A DNA stretch of 63,806 bases from Candidatus Omnitrophota bacterium (lineage in GTDB: Bacteria > Omnitrophota > Gorgyraeia > Gorgyraeales > Gorgyraeaceae). This document shows, in pieces, positions 37,233 through 48,898 of this stretch. Within the stretch, counting starts at the first letter, position 1. Each line of letters begins with the position of its first letter. The position numbers and the translations under genes are program-made. Where the stretch lies: NCBI GenBank assembly GCA_018819285.1, contig JAHJQM010000058.1, forward strand, positions 1 to 63,806, in the 5' to 3' direction. Below the pieces are notes generated by a model. The model was given only the letters and a program-made list of their open reading frames with translations, was not told the origin of the DNA and made no database searches.

Positions 37233-39127
37233 CCGCATCAAGCATGGAATTAATGAGCATGGTTGTTTTAAAGGAAAAGATAGAGGATATAACCTATCGT
37301 CTTTTAAAACTTGGGATATTTCACCCGGTTGATATACGCCACATAGAAGATGAGCTGAGAGAGCTATCTCCTTATGAGATAGACAAGGAATATGTCGAGT
37401 GGGATGAGCTGGATGCTAGATTAAGGGATAATTTAAGAAAACTCAGCATTTCTCCTCTCCCCGCCAAAGATATAAAGGTTTTTTCTTACGATGATATCAA
37501 AAAAATACTTACCGGAATCGAGAATGACGCAGCGCGTTTTTTTGTCCAGAAAGAGGAGTTGGATTTAGAGCTAGAGAATAAAAGCTCCATCTTTTCGCAG
37601 TTGAAATCCTATCCGCTCTTTTCTTTAAAAAGAGAATCAGTGTACAGCTTTTTAGAGGTAACGCTGGGGAAGGTGGTCGAGAAGAATATTTCAGTTTTAG
37701 AAAGAAGCCTGAAGGATATCCCGTATATATTTTATCCTTTTAAAAAAGAAGGCGATAAGATCGTAGCTTTATTTATAGGCCTGAGGCGCGACAGAGTTTT
37801 TATAGACAGGGTTTTAAAGGACATATCCTGGGAAAAGATGGAATTTCCAAAGCACACGGAAGATATTTCCAGGGATGTGGAAGGGAAGCTGTCCGGCGAG
37901 ATAGTCGTCATAAAAAAGAAACTTCAGGATACGCAAGATCAGATAAAAAAAATAGGGGAAAACCGCCGGGATGATTTGTCTGGCATGCAATCCCTGGTAA
38001 GGCTTAAAAAATCTCTTTTAGAGGCGAAAAAATATTCGTGCATAACGGATAAAACTGTTCTTCTTTCAGGCTGGGTTCCAAAAGAGGAAAAGGAAAACGT
38101 CATAAGAGAGATAAAAAAGATAGACAAAAGATGTTACATTGAATCAAAGGACGCGGAAGAAGTGAACATATCAAAAGAAGAGATACCGGTAAAATTTAAG
38201 CATAACGCGTTTTTCAAGCCGTTTGAATTATTAATAGATTCTTACGGCATACCGCGGTATGGAACAATTGATCCTACGATATTCGTTGCGATAAGTTTTC
38301 TTGTTATGTTTGGCGCCATGTTCGGGGATATAGGGCACGGGCTTATCCTGGCCTTAGGGAGCCTGTTTTTGAAAATAAGTAAAAATGAAAAGGTCGGACA
38401 GGCATCCGCGCTTTTACTTTACTGCGGGATAAGCTCAATTATATTCGGTGCGCTCTATGGAAGTTTTTTCGGGATAGCATTTCGTTCTTTATGGATAAAA
38501 CCTATAGAAAACATTATGGATATTTTCAAAGTGAGCGTCATGTTCGGCATAGGTTTTATAAGCCTTGGGATTCTGATAAATATAATAAATGCCATGAGGG
38601 ACAAAGATTACCTGAAAGCGATTTTTGACAAGTCAGGCCTTATAGGCGGAATTATTTACTGGGCAGCTATAGGGCTTTTTACTAAAATAACCATGTCTAA
38701 AACCCATGGCATAAATGTTTATTTTGCTATTATATCGGCCGGGATTATTCTGCTTTTCCTGAAGCCTTTTATAGAGGCTATTTTAAAAAAAAGGAAGCAC
38801 AATATTTTAGTAGCGCTAATGGAGAGTACTATAGATATTCTGGAAGTAGGCATGAGTTATCTGGCGAATACAGTATCTTTTATACGTATAGCCGCATTTG
38901 CGCTGGCGCACGCAGGGTTGTTCATCGCTATATTCGAACTCTCGCGAATCGTAAATGATGCGGGTGGAGAGATTTTATCTTTTTTAGTTGTTATTTTAGG
39001 AAATATGCTTATAATTTTTCTAGAAGGGCTTGTGGTAACCATACAATCCCTCAGGTTGAACTATTATGAGTTTTTCTCAAAGTTTTTCATGGCAGGCAAC
39101 CAGACTTATAAACCGATCAAGATGTAA
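37226..39127 (+). CDS. atpI: V/A-type ATPase subunit I (a-subunit, stator/proton channel), operon 1
   Basis: 633 aa. A soluble coiled N-terminal half plus a multi-TM C-terminal half with the SFIRIAAFALAH...LRLNYYEFFSKF motif (essential Arg region). Confidence 0.85.
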   Translation: MLTASSMELMSMVVLKEKIEDITYRLLKLGIFHPVDIRHIEDELRELSPYEIDKEYVEWDELDARLRDNLRKLSISPLPAKDIKVFSYDDIKKILTGIENDAARFFVQKEELDLELENKSSIFSQLKSYPLFSLKRESVYSFLEVTLGKVVEKNISVLERSLKDIPYIFYPFKKEGDKIVALFIGLRRDRVFIDRVLKDISWEKMEFPKHTEDISRDVEGKLSGEIVVIKKKLQDTQDQIKKIGENRRDDLSGMQSLVRLKKSLLEAKKYSCITDKTVLLSGWVPKEEKENVIREIKKIDKRCYIESKDAEEVNISKEEIPVKFKHNAFFKPFELLIDSYGIPRYGTIDPTIFVAISFLVMFGAMFGDIGHGLILALGSLFLKISKNEKVGQASALLLYCGISSIIFGALYGSFFGIAFRSLWIKPIENIMDIFKVSVMFGIGFISLGILINIINAMRDKDYLKAIFDKSGLIGGIIYWAAIGLFTKITMSKTHGINVYFAIISAGIILLFLKPFIEAILKKRKHNILVALMESTIDILEVGMSYLANTVSFIRIAAFALAHAGLFIAIFELSRIVNDAGGEILSFLVVILGNMLIIFLEGLVVTIQSLRLNYYEFFSKFFMAGNQTYKPIKM

Positions 39128-39143
39128 GAAAGAGGAGGTGGGC

Positions 39144-39473
39144 ATGGAACGTATTATAAAATGGTCTTGGCGCGTTGTAAAGCTTTGTATATTTTTTCTA
39201 TTTATCTCTTTTTGCGGTTCTGCTTGGGCGCAGGCGCAGCAGACTGCAGCTGATCCAACAATAGTCGGATGGGCATTTTTAGCAGCATCGCTTGCAACAG
39301 GCCTTAGCGCGATAGCAGCAGGTATTGCAGTGGCGCACGTAGGAGCAGCTGCAGTAGGCGCGATAAGCGAGAAACCAGAAATGGCTGGAAAAGCCCTGAT
39401 ATATGTAGGGCTTGCGGAAGGTATTGCGATATATGGCTTGATTATAGCTATAATGATCCTGGGTAAAATATAA
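39144..39473 (+). CDS. atpK: V/A-type ATPase proteolipid subunit K (single hairpin) with signal-peptide-like N-extension, operon 1
   Basis: I moved the start to the ATG at 39144, after GAGGAGGTG. The N-terminal hydrophobic segment ends AWA/QAQQ. A 2-TM hairpin follows, with the carboxylate in GLAEGIAIYG. Confidence 0.8.
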   Translation: MERIIKWSWRVVKLCIFFLFISFCGSAWAQAQQTAADPTIVGWAFLAASLATGLSAIAAGIAVAHVGAAAVGAISEKPEMAGKALIYVGLAEGIAIYGLIIAIMILGKI

Positions 39474-39775
39474 TGACGTTTTTCTGCATAGCTGATAAGG
39501 AATCAGGCCTTGGTTTCAGGCTGGCTGGCATAGAGACAAGAGAGGTTATCAGCCGCTCCAATGCCCTGGAGGCTTTAAAGGTGGCCTTGGCAACAGAAGA
39601 AACAGGGGTAATTCTGGTGACTGAAAAGGCAGCGTCATTTTTAAGGCAGGAGCTGGATAATCTTATGTACAAGAATCAGAAGCCTCTCATACTCGAGCTT
39701 CCCTCGAGGGGAGGATCCGCTAAAAGGAGAAGCGTTGGTGATTATCTGAAGGATATAATAGGAGTGAGCGTCTGA
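39473..39775 (+). CDS. atpF: V/A-type ATPase subunit F, operon 1
   Basis: 100 aa. The IADKESGLGFRLAGIE motif is typical of V-type F. TAATG overlap with K. Confidence 0.8.
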   Translation: MTFFCIADKESGLGFRLAGIETREVISRSNALEALKVALATEETGVILVTEKAASFLRQELDNLMYKNQKPLILELPSRGGSAKRRSVGDYLKDIIGVSV

Positions 39776-40392
39776 TGGACAAGTCTCTTTATTCAATGGC
39801 AAAGATAGAAGATGCGGGAGAAATCTGCAGAAAGATAATAGAAGACGCTACCGCTCAGGCTAGCTCTATACTTACAAGCGCAGAAAAAGAAAAATCCAAA
39901 ATCCTGGAAGAAGCAAACCATGAGTCGGAAAATAAAAAGAAAGAAGCGCTTAAGAAAAATGATATCGAGATAGAGAAGATGAAACAGAAAATATTCTCTA
40001 CCTTGAATCTTGAAAAGAAAAAACTTTTTCTGGAAGAAAAGAGCAGATTTATAGAAGCAGTTCTTGAAAAGGCAAGAGAGATAGCTACGGAATTCAGACA
40101 AAACCCAGACTATAAAACATTTCTGGAAAAAGCCATATCAGAAGGCGTTGATGTTATAGGAGAGAAAGGGGTTGATGTCCTGTATTCTGGGCTGGATGAG
40201 AAAATAATAAGAGGAGATTTTATAAAAAATGTAAATGGCATTGCGCTTGAATTTAAAAAATGCGATTTTAAAGATATAGGCGTAATCGTGCAATCAAAGG
40301 ATTCCAGGCTTATTTACGATAATACGTTTTCTGCCAGGTTTAAAAGGCTGCATGACGATATATATATGGATTTATTGAAGGGAGCGTTCTAG
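39775..40392 (+). CDS. atpE: V/A-type ATPase subunit E, operon 1
   Basis: 205 aa. An N-terminal K/E coiled coil and a C-terminal globular part. Operon position supports it. Confidence 0.7.
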   Translation: MDKSLYSMAKIEDAGEICRKIIEDATAQASSILTSAEKEKSKILEEANHESENKKKEALKKNDIEIEKMKQKIFSTLNLEKKKLFLEEKSRFIEAVLEKAREIATEFRQNPDYKTFLEKAISEGVDVIGEKGVDVLYSGLDEKIIRGDFIKNVNGIALEFKKCDFKDIGVIVQSKDSRLIYDNTFSARFKRLHDDIYMDLLKGAF

Positions 40393-40395
40393 AAG

Positions 40396-42159
40396 ATGTT
40401 AAAGGCTGCGGGCAAGGTATATAGGGTAATAGGGCCTGTTGTTGAAGCGGAGGAGGTGTCTTTTTTAAGGATGTTGGACATGGTGGAGGTAGGCCATGAG
40501 CATCTTGTAGGAGAGGTTGTAAGATTAAAAGACGATAAAGCGTATATCCAGGTTTATGAAGATACCACTTCTCTTAAAGCAGGAGACCCTATTTATACGC
40601 AGGGATTTCCTTTATATGTTGAATTAGGGCCCGGGCTATTGGGAAATATCTACGACGGGATACAGCGGCCGCTAGAGATATTAAAAGAAAAAGAGGGTTT
40701 TTATATAAATAGAGGCGTTCACGTCACTGCCCTGGACAGGAAAAAGAAATGGAATTTTAAGCCTTTGAAAAAAGAAGGGGATTATTTAAAACAGGGAGAG
40801 GTAATAGGAGAAGTCCAGGAAACTTTTCTGGTAAAACACAGGATCATGGCGCCTCCCCATGTCCACGGCAAAATTAAATGGATAACCGGTGAAGGCGAGT
40901 ATTCCTTGGAAGAAAAAATCGCGATATTGGCAGAGAAAGATTCTGAGACAGAAATTTTCATGTATCAGAAATGGCCTGTCAGAAAACCAAGGCCTTATAA
41001 AGAGAGGATCTCTATAAGCGAACCTCTCATTACAGGCCAGAGGGTAATAGACACATTGTTTCCTGTAGGTAAAGGCGGGTGCGTTGTTATCCCCGGAGGA
41101 TTTGGCACAGGCAAAACAGTTGTCCAGCACCAGATAGCCAAGTGGAGCAATGCAGATATAGTGATATACGTGGGCTGCGGCGAAAGAGGAAATGAAATGA
41201 CAGACATTCTTCTTAATTTCCCTAAACTTATAGATCCTAGAACCAAAAGGCCTATAATGGAAAGGACGATATTTATCGCAAATACATCCAATATGCCTGT
41301 TGCGGCAAGAGAAGCCAGCATCTATACAGGCATCACGCTTGCCGAGTATTACAGGGATATGGGATATAATGTAGCGCTTATGGCGGATTCTACTTCAAGA
41401 TGGGCAGAGGCTCTTAGAGAGCTTTCAGGCAGGCTGGAAGAAATGCCTATGGAAGAAGGATTTCCAGCGTATCTTCCGTCTAGGCTAGCGGAATTTTATG
41501 AAAGGGCAGGACGCATTAAAACTTTGAATAACGACAATGGCTCCATTACGGTCATTGCTTCTGTTTCTCCTCCCGGAGGAGATTTCTCAGAACCTGTTAC
41601 GTCACATACAAAAAGATTTATACGCTGTTTCTGGGCGCTTGATAGAGATCTGGCGAATGCAAGACATTACCCGTCCATCAGCTGGATAGACAGTTATTCC
41701 GAATATATCGATGACGTGAAAGACTGGTGGCATAAAAATGTTGATAAAGAATGGCTTTCCGACAGATACGCCATAATGGAACTTTTACAGAAAGAGCAAA
41801 GGCTTCTCCAAGTCGTAAAACTTGTAGGGCCTGATGTATTGCCGCACAGGCAGAGGCTGATACTTGAAACGTGCACCATGTTCAAGAACACATTTTTACA
41901 GCAGAGCGCTTTTGATGATATCGACGCGTATTCCTCGAGCCGCAAACAGTTTCTGATGCTGAAATCCATCATTAAGTTTTACGAGAAAAGCGATGAGCTT
42001 ATTAAAAAAGGCATAAACATAGCTGAGATAAAAGAACAACAGATTTATCAGGATCTCATAAGGATGAGGTTTAAGTATTCAGAGTCAAAAGAAGACATGG
42101 ATAAATTAGCTATGCTTCCTTCTGAAGTAGAAAGCTCTCTTGAAGGATTGGAGTTTTAA
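40396..42159 (+). CDS. atpA: V/A-type ATPase catalytic subunit A, operon 1
   Basis: Walker [24 protein letters not shown] and the insert characteristic of A subunits. 587 aa. Confidence 0.95.
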   Translation: MLKAAGKVYRVIGPVVEAEEVSFLRMLDMVEVGHEHLVGEVVRLKDDKAYIQVYEDTTSLKAGDPIYTQGFPLYVELGPGLLGNIYDGIQRPLEILKEKEGFYINRGVHVTALDRKKKWNFKPLKKEGDYLKQGEVIGEVQETFLVKHRIMAPPHVHGKIKWITGEGEYSLEEKIAILAEKDSETEIFMYQKWPVRKPRPYKERISISEPLITGQRVIDTLFPVGKGGCVVIPGGFGTGKTVVQHQIAKWSNADIVIYVGCGERGNEMTDILLNFPKLIDPRTKRPIMERTIFIANTSNMPVAAREASIYTGITLAEYYRDMGYNVALMADSTSRWAEALRELSGRLEEMPMEEGFPAYLPSRLAEFYERAGRIKTLNNDNGSITVIASVSPPGGDFSEPVTSHTKRFIRCFWALDRDLANARHYPSISWIDSYSEYIDDVKDWWHKNVDKEWLSDRYAIMELLQKEQRLLQVVKLVGPDVLPHRQRLILETCTMFKNTFLQQSAFDDIDAYSSSRKQFLMLKSIIKFYEKSDELIKKGINIAEIKEQQIYQDLIRMRFKYSESKEDMDKLAMLPSEVESSLEGLEF

Positions 42160-42160
42160 T

Positions 42161-43543
42161 ATGAGGGAATATAATTTAAGGGAATATGTTGGATTGGAAG
42201 AAATAACAGGACCTATTTTCATCATACGTAATATTCACAACGTAGGATATAACGAGATAGTGGAAATAGTAGATGATGAAGGAAAGTCCAGACTCGGGAT
42301 TACGCTTGAAGTCGGCAAAGGTTTCGCGGTTGTGGAAGTCCTGGGAGGCACAAGCGGCCTGGCTATGAAAAATTGTAAGGTGAATTTTAAAGAAAAACCT
42401 CTTTTAATGGGAGTATCTGAAGAGGTTCTGGGCAGAGTTTTTGACGGTCTGGGCAATCCTCTGGATGGCATGCCAAGGCCTGTGTACGATGAAATGGTAA
42501 ATGTGAACGGGCTGGCGATAAACCCTGTTTCAAGAAATTATCCTGAGAATATTATAGAAACAGGTATTTCTTCGATAGACGTTATGAATACGCTTGTAAG
42601 AGGTCAGAAACTTCCGATATTTTCAGGTAGCGGCCTGCCGCACGACCTTTTGGGCACACAGATCGCGCGCCAGTCACAGGTCAAGGGAGAAAATTTCTGC
42701 GTCATCTTCGTGGCCATGGGCGTTAAATATGATACGGCAAGATTTTTCCAAAAGAGTTTCGAAGAATCAGGGGTCCTTGAAAGGGTAGCGATATTTTTGA
42801 GCCTGGCTGATAGCCCGTCAACAGAAAGGCTTTTAACTCCCAGATTAGCGTTGACCTGCGCGGAATACCTGGCGTTTAAGAAAAACATGCATGTCCTTGT
42901 AATCATGACGGACATGTCGAATTATTGCGAGGCATTAAGGGAGGTTTCCACGATAAGAGGTGAGATACCAGCGAGAAAAGGTTATCCGGGATATCTTTAT
43001 AGCGACTTGGCAAGCATATACGAGAGAGCAGGCATGATAAAAGGAATCAAAGGTTCTATAACGCAGATTCCTATTTTGACAATGCCTAACGATGACATCA
43101 CACATCCCATACCTGACCTTACGGGTTACATTACTGAAGGCCAGATTGTTCTCGAGAGAGAGATGCACAATAGAGGGATATATCCTCCTATCGCAGGGCT
43201 TCCGTCTCTATCAAGGCTCATGAAAGACAATATAGGAAAGGGCCTCACTAGAGACGATCACTCGTCTTTGTCTTCGCAGTTATTCGCATGTTATGCTCAC
43301 GTAAAAGATGTCAGGGCGCTTGCGTCAATCATCGGAGAAGAAGAGCTCTCCAGCCTGGATAAACTTTACCTGAAATTCGGTGAAGATTTTGAGAAAAAAT
43401 TCTTGAGTCAAGGGCCCATGGAGCGCAGGACCCTGGAAGACGGGTTGGATTTGGGGTGGGATGTAATTTCAATTCTTCCAGCAGAAGAACTTGTAAGAAT
43501 ACGCGAAGAAGATCTGAAGCAACGCTACAAGAAAAAACAGTAA
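42161..43543 (+). CDS. atpB: V/A-type ATPase subunit B, operon 1
   Basis: [14 protein letters not shown] and [14 protein letters not shown] motifs. I moved the start to the ATG at 42161, just after the subunit A stop. Confidence 0.95.
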   Translation: MREYNLREYVGLEEITGPIFIIRNIHNVGYNEIVEIVDDEGKSRLGITLEVGKGFAVVEVLGGTSGLAMKNCKVNFKEKPLLMGVSEEVLGRVFDGLGNPLDGMPRPVYDEMVNVNGLAINPVSRNYPENIIETGISSIDVMNTLVRGQKLPIFSGSGLPHDLLGTQIARQSQVKGENFCVIFVAMGVKYDTARFFQKSFEESGVLERVAIFLSLADSPSTERLLTPRLALTCAEYLAFKKNMHVLVIMTDMSNYCEALREVSTIRGEIPARKGYPGYLYSDLASIYERAGMIKGIKGSITQIPILTMPNDDITHPIPDLTGYITEGQIVLEREMHNRGIYPPIAGLPSLSRLMKDNIGKGLTRDDHSSLSSQLFACYAHVKDVRALASIIGEEELSSLDKLYLKFGEDFEKKFLSQGPMERRTLEDGLDLGWDVISILPAEELVRIREEDLKQRYKKKQ

Positions 43544-43577
43544 TCGATTCCACCTCTGAGGCGGAAAGGTCTATGAT

Positions 43578-44195
43578 ATGAGGATTAACATTGCTGCCAC
43601 AAAAACAAATCTTTTAAAGTCCAAAAAACTGTTATCTCTTACGCAGGAAGGGCATGCGCTCCTGGATGAGAAAAGAAAGATTCTTGTAAATGAATTAAAC
43701 TCTGTTGTTCATATCGTGGACAGGCTTCAGCGTAAAGTAGACATTGCCATGCAAGAGGCATATGGTCTTGTAGATAAGACAGTAGTTATAATGGGCAGAA
43801 AAAGACTGGAAGAGCTCAGTTTTTCAATAGATATAAAGACGCGCCTTGCTATTTCCGAAAGAAAAGTTATGGGTGTAAGCTTGCCTATAATAAATATGAA
43901 TGTAAGAGAAAACCCTCCGTACTACAGCACGTATGAAGTAAGTTTTTATGTGGATGAGGTTATAGTCAAGTTCAAGGAAGTCCTGAAGTTGATAACCCAA
44001 CTTGCGGAAAAAAAGATCGCTCTTATAAGGATTGCCAAAGAGGTTCAGAAAACAATAAGAAAGGTAAATGCCCTTGAAAAGATATACCTGCCTTTTTATG
44101 AGACAAGCGTAAAGTATATAAACGACAGACTTGACGAAGATTCAAGAGAAGCGTTTTCAATGCTGAAGCTTATAAAGGAAAGGATAAAAGGATGA
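43578..44195 (+). CDS. atpD: V/A-type ATPase central stalk subunit D, operon 1
   Basis: INIAATKTNLLKSKKLLSLTQEGHALLDEKRKIL is the typical subunit D N-terminus. Confidence 0.9.
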   Translation: MRINIAATKTNLLKSKKLLSLTQEGHALLDEKRKILVNELNSVVHIVDRLQRKVDIAMQEAYGLVDKTVVIMGRKRLEELSFSIDIKTRLAISERKVMGVSLPIINMNVRENPPYYSTYEVSFYVDEVIVKFKEVLKLITQLAEKKIALIRIAKEVQKTIRKVNALEKIYLPFYETSVKYINDRLDEDSREAFSMLKLIKERIKG

Positions 44196-44668
44196 AAAAC
44201 ATAGTTGTGGCGCTTGCCGGGGGGTCATCTTCTATTGTTACAGCTAGATACGCGATTTATCTTGCAAAACTTTTACAGGCAAAGCTTATAGCCATTTATG
44301 TTATAGACGAAAAAGCCATACAGGAGTTATTAAAAAGCAGGATATTCGTAGAGATTGAAGCAAGGGAATACGAGATAGACATGGAACAGCAGTCCAAGTT
44401 CTTTATGCAAAGAGTTAAAGCCCTTGCGGAAAATAAAAAAGTAGAATTCGAATTTTTGATTTTAAGAGGAGAGGTTCATACCGAAGTAGCTAACAAGGCA
44501 AAAGAATTAGGGGCCGAGTTACTTGTTATGGGAGATCTTAAAGAAGTCTTATCCTGGAAAGAGGCCTCCTATAACGAAGGCGAAAGAATATTCAGAGAAT
44601 CTCCATATCCTGTGGTAGTAGTAAAAAATCCTCAGGAAGTAGAGAGGCTGTATAAAGAGTTGCAATAG
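44192..44668 (+). CDS. Universal stress protein (UspA family)
   Basis: IVVALAGGSSS..., LLVMGDLK and YPVVVVK motifs. ATGA overlap with atpD. Confidence 0.8.
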   Translation: MKNIVVALAGGSSSIVTARYAIYLAKLLQAKLIAIYVIDEKAIQELLKSRIFVEIEAREYEIDMEQQSKFFMQRVKALAENKKVEFEFLILRGEVHTEVANKAKELGAELLVMGDLKEVLSWKEASYNEGERIFRESPYPVVVVKNPQEVERLYKELQ

Positions 44669-44689
44669 GTTTTTAGCCCGCCGTGTAAT

Positions 44690-44729
44690 CGCGGAACCAC
44701 GCAGAAATGTTACGCGGAACTACGCGGAA
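44690..44729 (+). repeat. Triple CGCGGAA direct repeat between the two ATPase operons
   Basis: CGCGGAA at 44690-44696, 44713-44719 and 44723-44729. The last two are ACGCGGAA units 10 bp apart. The motif is GC-rich in an AT-rich spacer. Confidence 0.6.
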
Positions 44730-44761
44730 ATAAAAATAAAATAATATATACGAGGTGAGAG

Positions 44762-45364
44762 ATGCCAGAAAATCTAAAAGGACTTCTTGAAAAAATAAAT
44801 CAGGAAGGTATACGATCGGCAGAAGAAAAGGCCGGGTTGATAGAGGACAAGGCTAAAAAAGACGCTGAAAAAATCCTGGGAGATACCAGGAAACTTGCCG
44901 ATGAAATAATTCAAAAGGCTAAGACTGAGGCTGAAAAAATTAAGGTAAGCGCTAACCTTAGCGTGAAACAGGCCTCAAGAGATCTTTTGCTCGGTCTGAA
45001 AGAAGATATAAGAAAGACGCTGAATAAGATCATGGCTGGCGAGATAACAAAAGACCTGTCTAGCGAAGAGACAGCGGGCATATTGGCGGATTTAATAGAT
45101 AAATACGCGGATAAAAACGGCAAGACAGAAGATATGAAAATATTGGTAAATAAAGTTGACCTGGAAAAAATAAAAAATACCTTTATTTCTAAATTAAAAA
45201 ACAAGATCAGTGCCGGAGTGGAATTTAAGCCGTCGCAGAATATAAACGCTGGTTTTTCTATAAGCTTTGATAAAGGTAAATCATATTTTGATTTTAGCGA
45301 CGAAGGATTACTGGAAACATTGTGCGTTTATCTTAACCCTGAGCTGGCAAAGATAATAAAATGA
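44762..45364 (+). CDS. atpE: V-type ATPase subunit E, operon 2
   Basis: 200 aa. An N-terminal charged coiled coil (AEEKAGLIEDKAKKDAEKIL). First gene of the compact operon. Confidence 0.7.
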   Translation: MPENLKGLLEKINQEGIRSAEEKAGLIEDKAKKDAEKILGDTRKLADEIIQKAKTEAEKIKVSANLSVKQASRDLLLGLKEDIRKTLNKIMAGEITKDLSSEETAGILADLIDKYADKNGKTEDMKILVNKVDLEKIKNTFISKLKNKISAGVEFKPSQNINAGFSISFDKGKSYFDFSDEGLLETLCVYLNPELAKIIK

Positions 45365-45897
45365 AAAATTCTTATTATTATCTGATCGCAAGTTTACCGA
45401 TGCTTTATTTTGGGATGAAGCCGCCGTTTTCTTATCATGATTTTCTTGAGGCGTGCAAGCCTGAATTAAATAAGGACGATATAGATATTCTTGCCGGGCT
45501 GTCTATGGAGCCTTTGGATTTACAAGAGTCAGGTTCCCGGAATGCTTTATTAAAAAAATGGGAAAGGTTTAATGAAAGCCTCACAAACGAACTTGTAAGG
45601 ACAAGGGCTGTTAAAAAAGGCAAAGACCCGAATAAATATTTACGCGGAGATAATGGGGTTGATCCTTTTATCGCGCCTTTGACGCACTGGGCAGTTAATC
45701 AAGATTCTCCCATGGAAGCGGAATCATACCTGGACAGAGCAAAATGGGAAAAGATAGAAGAGATTAAAGAGGGCCATTATTTTGACATGGAATATCTTGC
45801 GGCATATGGACTTCAGCTTAAGATATTGGAGCGCTGGCACAGGATTAATTCACTAGACGGCTCAAAGGTTCTGGAAGGATTGACGGAAAAAATATGA
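45361..45897 (+). CDS. DUF2764-like protein (subunit C-equivalent of compact Bacteroidota/Chlamydia-type V-ATPase operons)
   Basis: The YYYLIASLPMLYFGMKPPFSYHDFLE N-terminus fits the DUF2764 pattern as I recall it. It lies between E and A, as in E-DUF2764-A-B-D-I-K operons. Confidence 0.6.
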   Translation: MKNSYYYLIASLPMLYFGMKPPFSYHDFLEACKPELNKDDIDILAGLSMEPLDLQESGSRNALLKKWERFNESLTNELVRTRAVKKGKDPNKYLRGDNGVDPFIAPLTHWAVNQDSPMEAESYLDRAKWEKIEEIKEGHYFDMEYLAAYGLQLKILERWHRINSLDGSKVLEGLTEKI

Positions 45898-47627
45898 GTA
45901 CGGAAAGATTCGGAATACTAACCGGCATAAACGGCAACATGGCAAAAGTTGAATTTAAAGACTATGTCATGCAGAATGAGGTGGCGTTTATATTGCATAA
46001 TGAAGAGCGGCTTAAATCAGAGGTAATACGCGTCACAGGCAATATTGCGGAGCTCCAGATTTACGAAGATACAAAAGGCCTGAGGCTTGGAGAAAAAGTA
46101 GAATTTACTGGGGAGCTTCTGTCGGTGGAGCTAGGGCCAGGGCTATTAGGCCAGATATTCGATGGCCTTCAAAATCCTTTGCCGCAATTGGCAGAAAAGT
46201 CAGGATTTTTCTTAAAAAGAGGTTTATATCTGGAAGCCCTGGATGATAAATTGGAATGGGAATTTACGCCTGTTGTCAAAGTCGGGCAGAGCGTAAAACC
46301 GGGCGAGAAAATAGGTTTTACAAAAGAAGGTATTTTTGAACACTGGATAATGGCGCCCTTTGGTTTAAAAAACGCAGCTACAGTGGTAATAATAGCAAAT
46401 AAAGGTAAATATAATATAAAATATGCAGTGGCGGAATTAAAAGATGAGCGAGGAAATACCTGTCCTGTCACTATGTCTCAAACCTGGCCTGTGAAAGTGC
46501 CTATTACGTGTTTTGCTGAAAAGTTAAAACCTGTAAAGCCATTGACAACAAAAATAAGGATTATAGATACACTGATGCCTGTGGCGCTTGGAGGAACCTA
46601 CTGCGTGCCAGGGCCTTTTGGTTCAGGGAAAACTGTCCTGCAGCAGCTTATTAGTAAGCATGCGGAAATAGATATTGTGATTATAGCAGCATGCGGAGAA
46701 AGGGCAGGAGAAGTTGTCGAGACGCTGAGAGAATTTCCGCATCTTGTAGATCCCAGAACAAAGAAAAGCCTGATAGAGCGCACAGTTATCATTTGTAACA
46801 CGAGTTCCATGCCTGTGAGCGCAAGAGAATCAAGCGTTTATACAGCCGTTACAATTGCTGAGTATTATCGTCAGATGGGTTTGAATGTGCTTTTATTAGC
46901 TGATTCTACTTCCAGATGGGCGCAGGCAATGCGCGAGATGTCAGGAAGGCTGGAAGAGATTCCAGGAGAAGAGGCATTTCCGGCGTATCTTGAAAACAGA
47001 ATCGCGTCATTTTATGAAAGGGCAGGGTTAGTGAGGTTACACGATGGAAGTTTCGGGTCTGTGACAATAGGCGGCACAGTGAGTCCTGCAGGAGGAAATT
47101 TTGAAGAGCCTGTTACGCAGGCCACGTTAAAAGTGGTAGGGGCGTTTCACGGGCTTTCGCGGGAAAGGTCTGATGCCAGAAGATATCCTGCCATAGATCC
47201 CCTTGAAAGCTGGAGTAAATACGCCAGTTTTATAGACGCAAAAGAAGTGAATCTGGCCCAGGCTGTTTTAAAGAGAAGCTATGAAGTAAAACAGATGATG
47301 AAGGTTGTGGGAGAAGAGGGCGCGTCTTTACAGGATTTTATAGTTTATCTTAAGGGTGAGTTTATAGACGACGTGTATCTCCAGCAGAATGCATTTGACG
47401 AGGTGGATGCCGCTACTATCGAGGAAAGACAAAAATACGTTTTTCATATATTGCATGAAATTATAGGCTCAGAGTTTAATTTTGAAAATAAAGGTGCTGT
47501 CAGGAAATTTTTCCAGGGGTTAAGGCAGGTATTTATCGAATGGAATTCATCTGAATGGCATACTGAAAATTTCAAAAAACAAGAAAACCAGATAAAAGAA
47601 AAATGCAAAAAATATATAATCGCATAA
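45894..47627 (+). CDS. atpA: V-type ATPase catalytic subunit A, operon 2
   Basis: Walker [11 protein letters not shown] and [13 protein letters not shown]. 577 aa. Confidence 0.95.
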   Translation: MSTERFGILTGINGNMAKVEFKDYVMQNEVAFILHNEERLKSEVIRVTGNIAELQIYEDTKGLRLGEKVEFTGELLSVELGPGLLGQIFDGLQNPLPQLAEKSGFFLKRGLYLEALDDKLEWEFTPVVKVGQSVKPGEKIGFTKEGIFEHWIMAPFGLKNAATVVIIANKGKYNIKYAVAELKDERGNTCPVTMSQTWPVKVPITCFAEKLKPVKPLTTKIRIIDTLMPVALGGTYCVPGPFGSGKTVLQQLISKHAEIDIVIIAACGERAGEVVETLREFPHLVDPRTKKSLIERTVIICNTSSMPVSARESSVYTAVTIAEYYRQMGLNVLLLADSTSRWAQAMREMSGRLEEIPGEEAFPAYLENRIASFYERAGLVRLHDGSFGSVTIGGTVSPAGGNFEEPVTQATLKVVGAFHGLSRERSDARRYPAIDPLESWSKYASFIDAKEVNLAQAVLKRSYEVKQMMKVVGEEGASLQDFIVYLKGEFIDDVYLQQNAFDEVDAATIEERQKYVFHILHEIIGSEFNFENKGAVRKFFQGLRQVFIEWNSSEWHTENFKKQENQIKEKCKKYIIA

Positions 47628-48898
47628 TCCAGATAGCAGGAAATGTTATTACTGTTGAGGCAAAGGACGTGGGTTACGGCGACCTGGCTGAGATATCTTC
47701 AAAAGCAGGAAAATCCCTGGCGCAGGTAATAAGGATAGACGGGGAAAAGGTTTATCTTCAGGTCTTTAGTGGAAGCCGGGGCATCTCAACAGGCGACAAG
47801 GTAAGATTTTTAAACCATCCTATGAGAGTTTCATTTACTGAAAATCTTTTGGGTCGCCTGTTTAATGGCGCAGGCCTTCCAAGGGATAATGGCCCAACCC
47901 TGGAAGAAAACATGATAGAGATCGGCGGACCTTCTGTAAATCCGGCTAAAAGGATTATCCCTAGAAAAATGATACGCACCGGAATCCCGATGATAGATAT
48001 ATTCAATTCTTTAGTAGAATCGCAGAAGCTTCCGATATTTTCAGTGCCAGGAGAGCCTTATAATGAGTTATTGGCACGTATTGCAATGCAGGCAGAGGTC
48101 GACCTGATAATCCTCGGCGGCATGGGCCTTAAATACGACGATTATCTTTTCTTTAGAGACACGCTTGAGAAAAACGGGTCATTATCCAGGGCCATATTTT
48201 TTGTTCATACCGCGCAGGATCCGACTGTAGAGTGCCTTTTGGTGCCTGATTTGAGCCTTGCAGTGGCAGAGCAGTTTGCTTTACAAGGCAAAAGAGTGCT
48301 GGTGCTATTAACAGACATGACGAATTTCTGCGATGCGTTAAAAGAAATTTCTATTACCATGGAACAGATCCCTTCCAATAGAGGATATCCCGGAGATTTA
48401 TACAGTCAGCTAGCAAGTCGCTATGAAAAGGCAGTTGATTTTGATACAGCAGGATCCATAACAATACTGGCTGTTACAACAATGCCTGGGGACGATGTGA
48501 CGCATCCCGTGCCTGACAACACAGGCTATATCACAGAAGGCCAGTTTTATCTCAGGAACAAATTCATAGAGCCCTTCGGATCACTCAGCCGCTTAAAACA
48601 GCTTGTGAACGGAAAAACCAGGAAAGATCACAGGACTATCATGGACAGGATGATCCAATTATTCAGCGATTACAGGGAGACCCTTGAAAAACAGGCAATG
48701 GGTTTTCATATGAGCGAATGGGACAAAAAACTCCTTAAATACGGTAAGGCGTTCGAAGAAAAGATGATGAATCTTTCTGTGGATATAGCTCTTGAAAAGG
48801 CCCTTGACCTTGGATGGCAGATCCTGGCGGAAAATTTCGAACCGACAGAAATAAGTATAAAGACTGAACTCATAAGCGAATTCTGGCCGAAAAAATAA
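47603..48898 (+). CDS. atpB: V-type ATPase subunit B, operon 2
   Basis: [15 protein letters not shown] and [14 protein letters not shown]. 431 aa. Confidence 0.9.
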   Translation: MQKIYNRIIQIAGNVITVEAKDVGYGDLAEISSKAGKSLAQVIRIDGEKVYLQVFSGSRGISTGDKVRFLNHPMRVSFTENLLGRLFNGAGLPRDNGPTLEENMIEIGGPSVNPAKRIIPRKMIRTGIPMIDIFNSLVESQKLPIFSVPGEPYNELLARIAMQAEVDLIILGGMGLKYDDYLFFRDTLEKNGSLSRAIFFVHTAQDPTVECLLVPDLSLAVAEQFALQGKRVLVLLTDMTNFCDALKEISITMEQIPSNRGYPGDLYSQLASRYEKAVDFDTAGSITILAVTTMPGDDVTHPVPDNTGYITEGQFYLRNKFIEPFGSLSRLKQLVNGKTRKDHRTIMDRMIQLFSDYRETLEKQAMGFHMSEWDKKLLKYGKAFEEKMMNLSVDIALEKALDLGWQILAENFEPTEISIKTELISEFWPKK

